From assembly GCA_947629265.1 (NCBI GenBank), contig CANRCZ010000004.1, forward strand, positions 1 to 60,146: 60,146 nucleotides of DNA, read 5' to 3'. Under the pieces are notes generated by a model that ran no database searches, was not told the DNA's origin, and saw only the letters and a list, made by a program, of their open reading frames with translations. The translations under genes and the position numbers were made by a program. Positions 7,492 to 17,500 of the stretch are shown piece by piece; position 1 is the stretch's first letter; each line of letters opens with the position of its first letter. The DNA is from an uncultured Bacilli bacterium. GTDB taxonomy: Bacteria; Bacillota_I; Bacilli_A; RF39; UBA660.

Positions 7492-9528
7492 TTATATTAG
7501 TTTTTTTAATACTTTGATTTCTTCTTGTTTTTCATTAATTAATGATATTTCGTTTTCTGTAAAATTGTTTTGTTTTATAATACCATCTTTTTCTTCAGTT
7601 GTAAATTCATCCCAGTCGATAATGTAACTACTGATTAGTTTTCTTCTTTTATATAAATCCGTTCTTGGTTCGATAAATTTAGCTTGATCAAATTCTAAGC
7701 TTATCAAAACACATTCTTCGATATCAAATTCATCAAAATTATATCCTTTGATTTTTTCGCTTCTTTTTTCATTATCTTCTTCAAAAGCAACGTCTAGTTT
7801 TTGTAATTCTTTAACTTTTTCTAAGTAGGATAAAATAGCCTTTTTAAATTCTTCGCGTTCTTCTTTTTCTAGGCAGTTTTCGATGATTTCACGGCTGACA
7901 ATATTAGCGATTTTATCCTCATCTAAAGTAATCAATTTATCTAATTTATCTAAAGTATCTTGGTACGCTTCTTTTATCCATGTATTTTGTCTACTTACAT
8001 GTTGGTTAAAGCAGGCACTTTTAATGATATCTTTTATTGGATAGTAAATTTCTTTCTCTAATTCAATACCTAAATAGTTTAGAATTTGTTTTTTAGATAT
8101 TTTTACCTTTTTTGGTTTATTTGATACTTTAGTTTCAACTTGATTTATCATTTTGTTTAATGTCATTTTAGCGGTTTCATAACCTGTATTATAATTTGGA
8201 TCGTTATTTAATTTATAGATGATCTTATTTTTATTGACTGACCAAAAGCGATTGATAGCTTCACCATCTTTAAATTTAGTTTCATAGTCACAATATCTTG
8301 GAATATAACCTTTATTTAATAATTCAATATATTCACTTAATTTTTTTTCAAACAAAATGTTACTGACCTCTTTTGGTTTTAATGGTTCTAATATATCTTG
8401 AGCTGTTTCATACCCTACTTGGTATTTAGGATCGCTAATGAATTTATCGATTATTTTAGCTTTATTATTTGACCAAAAATTATTAATAAAATCACCATTT
8501 TTAAACTTGATATTTTGGTCACAATTTTTTGGAATATAACCATTATTTACTAATTCGATATATTCATCGATTTTTTGTTCAAAGATAATTTCTCTTGCAT
8601 TTTGTAGTGATAGTTGATTAATTATGTTTAAAGCTGTTTCATAACCTACTTGATATTTGGGGTTATTATTAAATTCACTGATGATTTGATATTTATACCT
8701 TGTCCAAAAATGTTTAATTTCACTACCATTTTGAAATTTAGTTACAGTATCATAAGCTTTGGGTAGATAGCCAATATTCATTAGTTCGATATATTCATCT
8801 ATATGCATCTTAATTTCTATTTGTTTTGGTTTTTCATTTAAAAATCTAATGACGGTTTTTTTAGCAGTTTCATAGCCTACTGCATATTTTAGATCATTAT
8901 TTAAAAGATCGATTATCTTATCTTTATTATTTTTCCAAAAACGATTAATAGCTTTGCCATCTTGAAATTTAGTTTCTAGGTCAAGGTATTTAGGTTGATA
9001 ACCTTTATTTAATAGCTCGATATAATAACTTAATTTCATTGCAAAGGTAATGTTATCTTTTTTATTTTTTAATTCTTTTAGTAAGTTTTTAGCGGTATCA
9101 TAGCCTACATCATATTTAGGATTACTGTTTAGTTCTCTAGTGATTTTATCTTTATTGATTGCCCAAAAGTGACTAATGATTTCACCATTTTGAAATTTAG
9201 CTTCAGGATCATTTTTTTTAGGTATATAGCCATGATTTAGTAATTCGATATATTCTTCTATAAGCATCCTCATTTTGATTTGTCTTGGTGTTTCTTTCGC
9301 TAAGTTAATAGCGTTTTTTTTAGCAGTTTCATAACCTACTTGATATTTGGGTTCGCTATTTAGGATATAGATGATCTTATTTTTATTGGTTGGCCAAAAA
9401 TGGTTGATACCATCACCAGTTGTAAAACTAGTTTCATAATCATAATATTTTGGCTTATAACCACTATTTAATAATTCAATATATTCGTCAATTTTTTGGC
9501 GTGTTATAATTCTACTTTGACCTGGCAT
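7492..9528 (-). CDS. Array paralog 7 (678 aa): 6 repeats plus C-terminal module
   Basis: N-terminus MPGQSRIITRQK is shared with paralog 6. There are six xEYIELLNxGYxPK cores, and the spacer carries GAGGTGAT. Confidence 0.9.
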   Translation of the reverse strand: MPGQSRIITRQKIDEYIELLNSGYKPKYYDYETSFTTGDGINHFWPTNKNKIIYILNSEPKYQVGYETAKKNAINLAKETPRQIKMRMLIEEYIELLNHGYIPKKNDPEAKFQNGEIISHFWAINKDKITRELNSNPKYDVGYDTAKNLLKELKNKKDNITFAMKLSYYIELLNKGYQPKYLDLETKFQDGKAINRFWKNNKDKIIDLLNNDLKYAVGYETAKKTVIRFLNEKPKQIEIKMHIDEYIELMNIGYLPKAYDTVTKFQNGSEIKHFWTRYKYQIISEFNNNPKYQVGYETALNIINQLSLQNAREIIFEQKIDEYIELVNNGYIPKNCDQNIKFKNGDFINNFWSNNKAKIIDKFISDPKYQVGYETAQDILEPLKPKEVSNILFEKKLSEYIELLNKGYIPRYCDYETKFKDGEAINRFWSVNKNKIIYKLNNDPNYNTGYETAKMTLNKMINQVETKVSNKPKKVKISKKQILNYLGIELEKEIYYPIKDIIKSACFNQHVSRQNTWIKEAYQDTLDKLDKLITLDEDKIANIVSREIIENCLEKEEREEFKKAILSYLEKVKELQKLDVAFEEDNEKRSEKIKGYNFDEFDIEECVLISLEFDQAKFIEPRTDLYKRRKLISSYIIDWDEFTTEEKDGIIKQNNFTENEISLINEKQEEIKVLKKLI

Positions 9529-9541
9529 AATTAATCACCTC

Positions 9542-11119
9542 TTATCTAAGTTTTTTTAATATTTTTATCTCTTCTTGTTTTTTATCAATTAATGCAATTT
9601 CTTCTATTGTAAAGTTATTTTGTTTGATGATTTCTTCTTTTTCTTCAGTTGTAAATTCATCCCAATCGATAATGTAACTACTGATTAGTTTTCTTCTATT
9701 ATATAAGTCTGTTCTTGGTTCGATCAATTTAGCTTGATTAAATTCTAAGCTTATTAAAACACATTCTTCGATATCGTATTCATCAAAATTATATTCTTTG
9801 ATTTTTTCAATTCTGTTTTCAGTATTCGCTTCAAAGGCAACGTCTAGTTTTTGTAGTTCTTTAACTTTTTCTAGATATAATAAGATAGCTTGTTTAAATT
9901 CTTCGCGTTCTTCTTTTTCTAGACAGTTTTCGATGATTGCATTTGTTATGATATCGATAATCAGATTTTCATCTAAAGTATCTAATTTATCTAGTTTATT
10001 TAAAGTATTATAGTATGCTTCTTTTATCCAGGCATTTTGATTACTGACACATTTGTTAAAGCAGGCAATTTTAATAATATCATTTAATGGATAATAAATT
10101 TCTTTTTCTACTTTAATACCTAAGTAATTTAAAATTTGTATTTTGGATATTTTTAATTTTTTAACTTTTTTTGATTTTTTCTTTTTAGATTTACTTATAG
10201 TCATATTTATCATATCTTTAGCAGTTTCATAACCCATCCCATATTTTGGATTATTATTTAATTCACTGATGATTTCATTTTTATGTTTTATCCAAAATTT
10301 ATTAATTGTATCGCCATTTTTAAACTTGATATTTAGTTCAACTCTCATTGGCACGTAACCATGGTTTAATAACTCGATATATTCGGCTATTCTTCTTGAA
10401 AGTTTAATTTCAATCGATGTTTTAGTTGCAAGTTGATTAATTATGTTTTTAGCTTGTTCATAACCTACCTCATATTTTGGATCGTTATTTAATTTATCGA
10501 TGATTTTAGTTTTATTATTATTCCAAAATTGATTGATTAAATCACCACTTGTAAATTTAGTTTCTAAGTCACAATATTTTGGTATATATCCATTATTTAA
10601 TAATTCAATGTATTCATCTAGGTTTTTTAAAAATTTGTCTTTCCTTAATACTCTTGTTTCAAAGCGTTTAATCATATCTTTAGCGGTTTCATAGCCTACC
10701 TCATACTTTGAATTATTATTTAATTCACTGATAATTTCATTTTTATGATTTGACCAAAATTGGTTAATAAAACCGCCATTTTTAAACTTAACATTGTGTT
10801 CAACGTACTTTGGTTCATAACCATTATTTAGTAGTTCAATATATTCATTTATCTTCATCTTAATTTCTGTCTGTTTTGGTTTTTCACTTAGAAATCTAGT
10901 GATAATTTCTTTAGCGGTGTCATAGCCTATATCATACTTTGAATTATTATTTAATTCACTGATGATTTCATTTTTATGGTTTGACCAAAATTGGTTAATT
11001 AAGTCACCATTTTTAAACTTAATCTTTTGTTCAAAGTAATTTGGTTCATAACCATTATTTAATAATTCAATATATTCTTCCATTTTTTGGCGGGTTATAA
11101 TTCTACTTTGACCTGGCAT
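9542..11119 (-). CDS. Array paralog 6 (525 aa): 4 repeats plus C-terminal module
   Basis: Four repeat cores. A K-rich linker (KSKKKKSKKVKKLK) precedes the C-terminal module, and the spacer carries GAGGTGAT. Confidence 0.9.
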   Translation of the reverse strand: MPGQSRIITRQKMEEYIELLNNGYEPNYFEQKIKFKNGDLINQFWSNHKNEIISELNNNSKYDIGYDTAKEIITRFLSEKPKQTEIKMKINEYIELLNNGYEPKYVEHNVKFKNGGFINQFWSNHKNEIISELNNNSKYEVGYETAKDMIKRFETRVLRKDKFLKNLDEYIELLNNGYIPKYCDLETKFTSGDLINQFWNNNKTKIIDKLNNDPKYEVGYEQAKNIINQLATKTSIEIKLSRRIAEYIELLNHGYVPMRVELNIKFKNGDTINKFWIKHKNEIISELNNNPKYGMGYETAKDMINMTISKSKKKKSKKVKKLKISKIQILNYLGIKVEKEIYYPLNDIIKIACFNKCVSNQNAWIKEAYYNTLNKLDKLDTLDENLIIDIITNAIIENCLEKEEREEFKQAILLYLEKVKELQKLDVAFEANTENRIEKIKEYNFDEYDIEECVLISLEFNQAKLIEPRTDLYNRRKLISSYIIDWDEFTTEEKEEIIKQNNFTIEEIALIDKKQEEIKILKKLR

Positions 11120-11132
11120 AACAAATCACCTC

Positions 11133-12941
11133 TTATCTAAGTTTTTTTAATACTTTTATCTCCTCTTGTTTTTCATTAATTAAGGCAATTTCTTCTATCG
11201 TAAAGTTATTTTGTTTGATGATTTCTTCTTTTTCTTCAAGTGTAAATTCATTCCAATCGATAATGTAACTACTGATTAGTTTTCTTCTATTATATAGATT
11301 GTTTGTTGGTTCGATTATTTTAGCTTGATTAAACTCTAAGCTTATTAAAACGCATTCTTCGATATCAAATTCATCAAAATTATATTTTTTGATTTTTTCG
11401 ATTCTGTTTTGGTTGTCTTCTTCAAAGGCAACGTCTAGTTTTTGTAATTCTTTAACTTTTTCTAGATATAATAAAATAGTTTGTTTAAATTCTTCACGTT
11501 CTTCTTTTTCTAGACAGTTTTCGATGATTTCACGACTGATAATATCAACAATTTTAGCCTCATCTAAAGTATTTAATTTATCTAGTTTATTTAAAGTGCT
11601 TTGATACGCTTCTTTTATCCACCTATTTTGCTTACTGACACATTTGTTAAAGCAGGCAATCTTAATAATATCTTCTACTGAATTATCAGTTTCTTTTTTT
11701 AGTTCGATACCTAAATATTTTAGGATTTGTCTTTTAGATATTTTTAATTTGTTTGGTTCAGATGCTTCTTTCTTTTTAGAATTACTTATAACTTTTTCTA
11801 TCATATCTTTAGCAGTGTCATACCCTACTATATACTTTGGATCGTTATTTAAAAGATCGATAATTTTAGCTTTATTGGTTTGCCAAAAATAATTGATACC
11901 ATCACCATTTTCAAATTTAGTTTCTAAGTCACAATATTTTGGTTCATAGCCAAGATTTAATAACTCAATATATTCAGTGATCTTCTTTAAAAATTTAGCC
12001 TTTCTTAACGTCTCTGTTTCAACTTTTTTAATCATTTCTTTAGCGGTTTCATAGCCTACTTGGTATTTTGGATCATTATTTAAAAGATTGATGATCTTAT
12101 CTTTATTGACTGGCCAAAATTGATTGATTAAATCACCATTTTGAAATGTAGTTTTATGTTCATAATATCTTGGAATATAGCCAGTATTTAATAACTCGAT
12201 ATATTCATATATTTTCTTAAAAAAATTAACTTTTCTTAATGTTTCTATTTCAACTTGTTTTACTATTTCTTTAGCCTTTTCATAACCTACGGCGTATTTT
12301 AAATCGTTATTTAAGGTATCGATGATTTTAGCTTTATTGACTCGCCAAAAATGATTAATAAATTCACCATTCGTAAATTTAGTTTCTAAGTCACAATATT
12401 TTGGTTCATAACCGCTATTTAATAACTCGATATATTCTTTCAATTTTTGTGAAAAAATGTCCTTCTTTGGTATTTTCATTTCAACTTGTTTTATTATTTC
12501 TTTAGCTTGTTCATACCCTATCTCATATTTTTGATTGTTATTTAATTCACTAACGATTTTATCTTTATTATTAATCCAAAATTGATTAATAAATTCACCA
12601 TTTTGAAATGTAGTCTTATAATCACAATGTTTTGGAATATAACCACTGTTTACTAGGTCGATATATTCTTCTATCCGCAACCTAAATTCTTTTTGGGATT
12701 GGGTTTCGTTTTGAAATTTAATAGCGGTCCTTTTAGCAGTTTCATAGCCTTTCTTGTATTTTAAATCATTATTTAAGATATCGATGATTTTGTTTTTATT
12801 GCTTCCCCAAAAACGGTTGATTGTATCCCCATTTGTAAATTTGGTTTTAAAATCACAACTTTTTGGGATATAGCCATTATTTAGTAGGTCGATATATTCA
12901 TCTACTTTTTGAAGATACACAATTCTACTTTGACCTCGCAT
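11133..12941 (-). CDS. Array paralog 5 (602 aa): 5 repeats plus C-terminal module
   Basis: N-terminus MRGQSRIVYLQK, five repeat cores, and a spacer carrying GAGGTGAT. Confidence 0.9.
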   Translation of the reverse strand: MRGQSRIVYLQKVDEYIDLLNNGYIPKSCDFKTKFTNGDTINRFWGSNKNKIIDILNNDLKYKKGYETAKRTAIKFQNETQSQKEFRLRIEEYIDLVNSGYIPKHCDYKTTFQNGEFINQFWINNKDKIVSELNNNQKYEIGYEQAKEIIKQVEMKIPKKDIFSQKLKEYIELLNSGYEPKYCDLETKFTNGEFINHFWRVNKAKIIDTLNNDLKYAVGYEKAKEIVKQVEIETLRKVNFFKKIYEYIELLNTGYIPRYYEHKTTFQNGDLINQFWPVNKDKIINLLNNDPKYQVGYETAKEMIKKVETETLRKAKFLKKITEYIELLNLGYEPKYCDLETKFENGDGINYFWQTNKAKIIDLLNNDPKYIVGYDTAKDMIEKVISNSKKKEASEPNKLKISKRQILKYLGIELKKETDNSVEDIIKIACFNKCVSKQNRWIKEAYQSTLNKLDKLNTLDEAKIVDIISREIIENCLEKEEREEFKQTILLYLEKVKELQKLDVAFEEDNQNRIEKIKKYNFDEFDIEECVLISLEFNQAKIIEPTNNLYNRRKLISSYIIDWNEFTLEEKEEIIKQNNFTIEEIALINEKQEEIKVLKKLR

Positions 12942-12954
12942 AACAAATCACCTC

Positions 12955-14508
12955 TTATCTAAGTTTTTTTAATACTTTTATCTCTTCTTGTTTTTCATTA
13001 ATTAATGATATTTCATCTATCGTAAAGTTATTTTGTTTGATGATTTCTTCTTTTTCTAAATCAGTTAATTCATTCCAATCGATAATGTAACTACTGATTA
13101 GTTTTCTTCTTTTTGATAAGTCAGTTGTTGGTTCAATAAATTTAGCTTGATTAAATTCTAAGCTTATTAAAACACATTCTTCGATATCAAATTCATCAAA
13201 ATTATATTTTTTAATCTTTTCGCTTCTTTTTTGATTATCATCTTCAAAGGCAACGTCTAGTTTTTGTAGTTCTTTAACTTTTTCTAAATAAGATAAAACA
13301 GCCTTTTTAAATTCTTCTCGTTCTTCTTTTTCTAGGCAATTATCGATGATTTCGTGAGTGATAATACTAGATATCTTATCCTCATCTAAGATATCTAGCT
13401 TATCTAATTTATTTAAAGTATCTTGGTACGCTTCTTTTATCCAAGCATTTTGGGCACTGACATTTTGTTTAAAACAGGCAATTTTAATAATATCTTCTAC
13501 TAAATTATCAGTTTCTTTTTTTAATTCAATGCCTAAGTATTTTAAAATTTGTATTTTAGATATTTTTAATTTGTTTGGTTCATTTAATTTTTTCTTTTGA
13601 ACCATCATTTTTGCTGTTTCATAATCCTCTTGATATTTTGGATCGTTATTTAATTTAATAACTATCTCATTTCGATGATTAAACCAGAAATCACCTATTT
13701 TTTTACCATCAGCGAAATGATTTACATTATCTTTGGTTTTAGGTATATAACCTTTATTCATTAGTTCGATATACTCATCCATTTTTTGATTGATAGAAAC
13801 TTTTTGAGGATTTTCATTTCTTAGTTTATCTAAAGTATCTTTAGCTTGTTCATAACCTGTTTGATACTTAACAGCATTATCTAAAGTAGCGATTATTTTA
13901 TCTTTATGACTTTCCCAAAACCTATTTATTTTTTTACCATCAGTGAAACTATTTACATTATCGTTCGTTTTTGGAATGTAACCATTATTTAATAGTTCAA
14001 TATATTCTTTAATCCTCTCAGTTTGTGGTGTTTCTGTTAGTATTTTATCTTCAACTTTTTCTGCAACTATTTGAACGATTTCTTTAGCGGTTTCATAACC
14101 TATTTTGTATTTTGGATCATTATTTAAAATGTCGATGATTTTATCTTTATGATGAGCCCAAAAAGTATTAATCAAATCACCATTTGTAAATTTAGTTTTA
14201 ATGTCTCTACTTTTTGGCATGTAACCACGATTTAATAACTCGATATATTCAGTGATTTTCATCTTAATTTTCATTTGTTTTGGAGTTTCATTTTCTAAGT
14301 TAAAAGCTATCTCTTTAGCCTTATCGTAACCTACCTCATATTTTGAATCGCTATTTAAGATATTAATTATTTGATATTTATGTCTATACCAAAAATAATT
14401 GATAGCTTCACCATCTTTAAATGTTGATAAATTATCATAAGTTTTAGGGATATATCCATTATTTACTAATTCGATATATTCATATATTTTCGTATATTTT
14501 TTCTCCAT
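12955..14508 (-). CDS. Array paralog 4 (517 aa): 4 repeats plus C-terminal module
   Basis: Four repeat cores. The spacer Shine-Dalgarno is GAGATGAT. Confidence 0.9.
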   Translation of the reverse strand: MEKKYTKIYEYIELVNNGYIPKTYDNLSTFKDGEAINYFWYRHKYQIINILNSDSKYEVGYDKAKEIAFNLENETPKQMKIKMKITEYIELLNRGYMPKSRDIKTKFTNGDLINTFWAHHKDKIIDILNNDPKYKIGYETAKEIVQIVAEKVEDKILTETPQTERIKEYIELLNNGYIPKTNDNVNSFTDGKKINRFWESHKDKIIATLDNAVKYQTGYEQAKDTLDKLRNENPQKVSINQKMDEYIELMNKGYIPKTKDNVNHFADGKKIGDFWFNHRNEIVIKLNNDPKYQEDYETAKMMVQKKKLNEPNKLKISKIQILKYLGIELKKETDNLVEDIIKIACFKQNVSAQNAWIKEAYQDTLNKLDKLDILDEDKISSIITHEIIDNCLEKEEREEFKKAVLSYLEKVKELQKLDVAFEDDNQKRSEKIKKYNFDEFDIEECVLISLEFNQAKFIEPTTDLSKRRKLISSYIIDWNELTDLEKEEIIKQNNFTIDEISLINEKQEEIKVLKKLR

Positions 14509-14521
14509 AATTAATCATCTC

Positions 14522-17500
14522 TTATCTCATTTTTTTTAATATCTTTATTTCTTCTTGTTTTTCATTAATTAGTGATATTTCATCTACAGTAAGGTTGTTT
14601 TGGTTGATGATAGTTTGTTTTTCTAAATCAGTTAATTCGTTCCAATCGATGATACAGCTACTGATTAGTTTTCTTCTATTATATAGATCAGTTGCTAGTT
14701 CGATAAATTTAGTTTGATTAAATTCTAAACTTATTAAAACACATTCTTCAATATCGTATTCATCAAACTTATATTTTCTTATTTTAAGTTTTTTTAGTTG
14801 TCCGTTTTCTTCAAAAGCGACGTCTAGCTTTTGTAATTCTTTAACTTTTTCTAAATAGGATAAAACAGCTTTTTTAAATTCTTCACGTTCTTCTTTTTCT
14901 AAGTGGTTTTTGATAATTTCACACGTCATGATATCGACAATAAGATTTTCATCTAAGGTATCTAAGATATCTAGAGCATCTAAGGTATTACAATATGCTT
15001 TTTTTATTTGCTCACTTTGCATACTAACATGTTCGTTAAAGCAAGCATTTTGAATGATACTTTTTATTGAGTCATCATTGGTATCTTCAATTTTTAAGTA
15101 TTTTAAGATTTGATCTTTACTAATAACTTTTGTATAAGTTAGATTTTCTTTTTGTTTATTGATTTCTTTTGTCATTTGTTTATCGATTATAATAGCTTTT
15201 TTAGCGGTTTCATAACCCTCTTGATATTTTAAATTGTTATTTAAGTTATCGATAATTTTAGTTTTATAACTCATCCAAAAGAAATTAATAGCTTCACCGT
15301 TACTAAAGTGATTTATCTCATCTTTATATTTAGGTTGATAACCTGTATTTAATAGATCAATATATTCTTTGATTTTATCTAAAATAGTCAATTTTTCTAA
15401 TTTTTGTTTTTCTATTTTAGTTAAGTTTTCTTTAGCGGTTTCGTAACCTATTTGATATTTTAAATCACTATTTAAAGTAGCGATGATTCTATCTTTATAA
15501 CATGTCCAAAAACTATTAATAGCTTCACCATTACTAAAGTGATTTATTTCATCTTTATATTTAGGTATATAACCATGATTTAATAATTCAATATATTCTT
15601 TAATTTTATCTAAAACAGTCATTTTATGTAATTTTTTATTTTCTAGTTTGGTTATAGTTTTTTTAGCTTTTTCATAACCCACTACATATTTTAAATTATT
15701 ATTTAAAGTAGCGATGATTTTATCTTGATGAATTTTCCAAAATAAGCCAATGGCTTCACCGTTACTAAAACGATTTCTTACATCATTATATCTAGGTATA
15801 TAACCATGATTTAATAAATTGATATACTCATCTACTTTTTCATAAATAATAGTTTCTTTAGGTCTTTGATTTTCTAATTTTGATAGCGTTTCTTTGGCTA
15901 ATTCATAACCTACTTGGTATTTTAAATTACTATTTAAAGTAGATAAAATCTGATCTTTATGATTAAACCAGAATTTATTGATAACCTCACCATTTTTAAA
16001 TTTGGTTGTATTATCATAAATTTTAGGTTCATAGCCAACATTTACTAAATCGATATATTCTTCAATTCTTTCGGTTAATGATATTTCTTTTGGTGTTCTA
16101 TTTTCATATTTTTTAGCGGTTTCTTTTGCTAATTCATAACCTACTTGATATTTTGGATCACTATTTAAAATAGCGATGATCCTTTTTTTATTAGTTGGCC
16201 AAAAGTGATTAATAAAACCACCAACTTTAAATTCATTAATCGTATCATCACATAAGGGTGTATAGCCAGTATTTAATAATTCGATATATTCACTTATTTT
16301 TTGAGTATAGATATCACTATTTGATGGGCTATTTACTAATTTATTAATTATTTTTTTAACCTTATCATAACCCTCTTGATATTTTAAATCGTTATTTAAT
16401 TTATCGATTATTTTGTCTTTATTATTAATCCAAAATTGATTGATAGCGCTACCGTTTTTAAATGTTGTTACGTTATCATAAGTTTTAGGTATGTAGCCAC
16501 TATTTACTAATTCGATATATTCATATATCTTCATCTTAATTTCCAGTTGTTTTGGAGTTTCTTTAGCTAATTTAGTAGTGGTTTCTTTAGCGGTTTCATA
16601 ACCTGTTTGGTATTTTAAATCACTATTTAAGATACTGATTATCAAATCTTTATGGTTAAACCAAAACTGATTGATAGCTTTACCATCTTGAAATTTTGTT
16701 ATAGGATCGCTATGTCTTGGGGTGTAACCAGTATTTAATAGTTCAATATATTCAGCTATTTTGTTTAAAAGTTTAATTTTTCTTGTATTTTCTTTTTTTA
16801 TTTTTTTGGCTGTCATTTTTCTTGGTTTATCTTCAAATTTTTTAATTATCTCTTTAGCTTGTTCATATCCTACTTGGTATTTGGGATCATTATTTAAGGT
16901 AGCGATTACTCTACCTTTATGATTTCGCCAAAAAAAGTTAATTAGTTCACCTGATGAAAAACTTATACTATTATCTTGGGTTTTAGGAATATAACCAGTA
17001 TTTATTAGCTCGATATATTCAGTGATCTGTCTTGAAAGTTTAATTTCTTTTGGTGCTTTAGTTGCAAGCTGGTTAATTATATCTTTAGCGGTTTCATAGC
17101 CTACCTCATATTTTGGATCGTTATTTAAAGTAGTAATTATTCGCTCTTTTTGGTTTTGCCAAAATTGATTAATTAAATCACCATTTTGAAATTTAACTTT
17201 ATTTTCATTGGAATTTGGAATATAACCATGGTTTAATAACTCGATATATTCATTAATTCTTCTTGAAAGTTTAATTTCAATCGATGTTTTAGTTGCAAGT
17301 TGGCTAATTATCTCTTTAGCCTTTTCATATCCTATTTGGTAGTTTGGATCATTATTTAAGGCATTTATTACTTTATCTTTATGATTTGGCCAAAAGAAAT
17401 TGATACTCTCGCCATTTTTAAATTTAGTTTGATAATCTAGTTTGGTTGGTATGTAGCCATTATTTAGTAATTCAATAAATTCTTGTAATTTATGTCTTAC

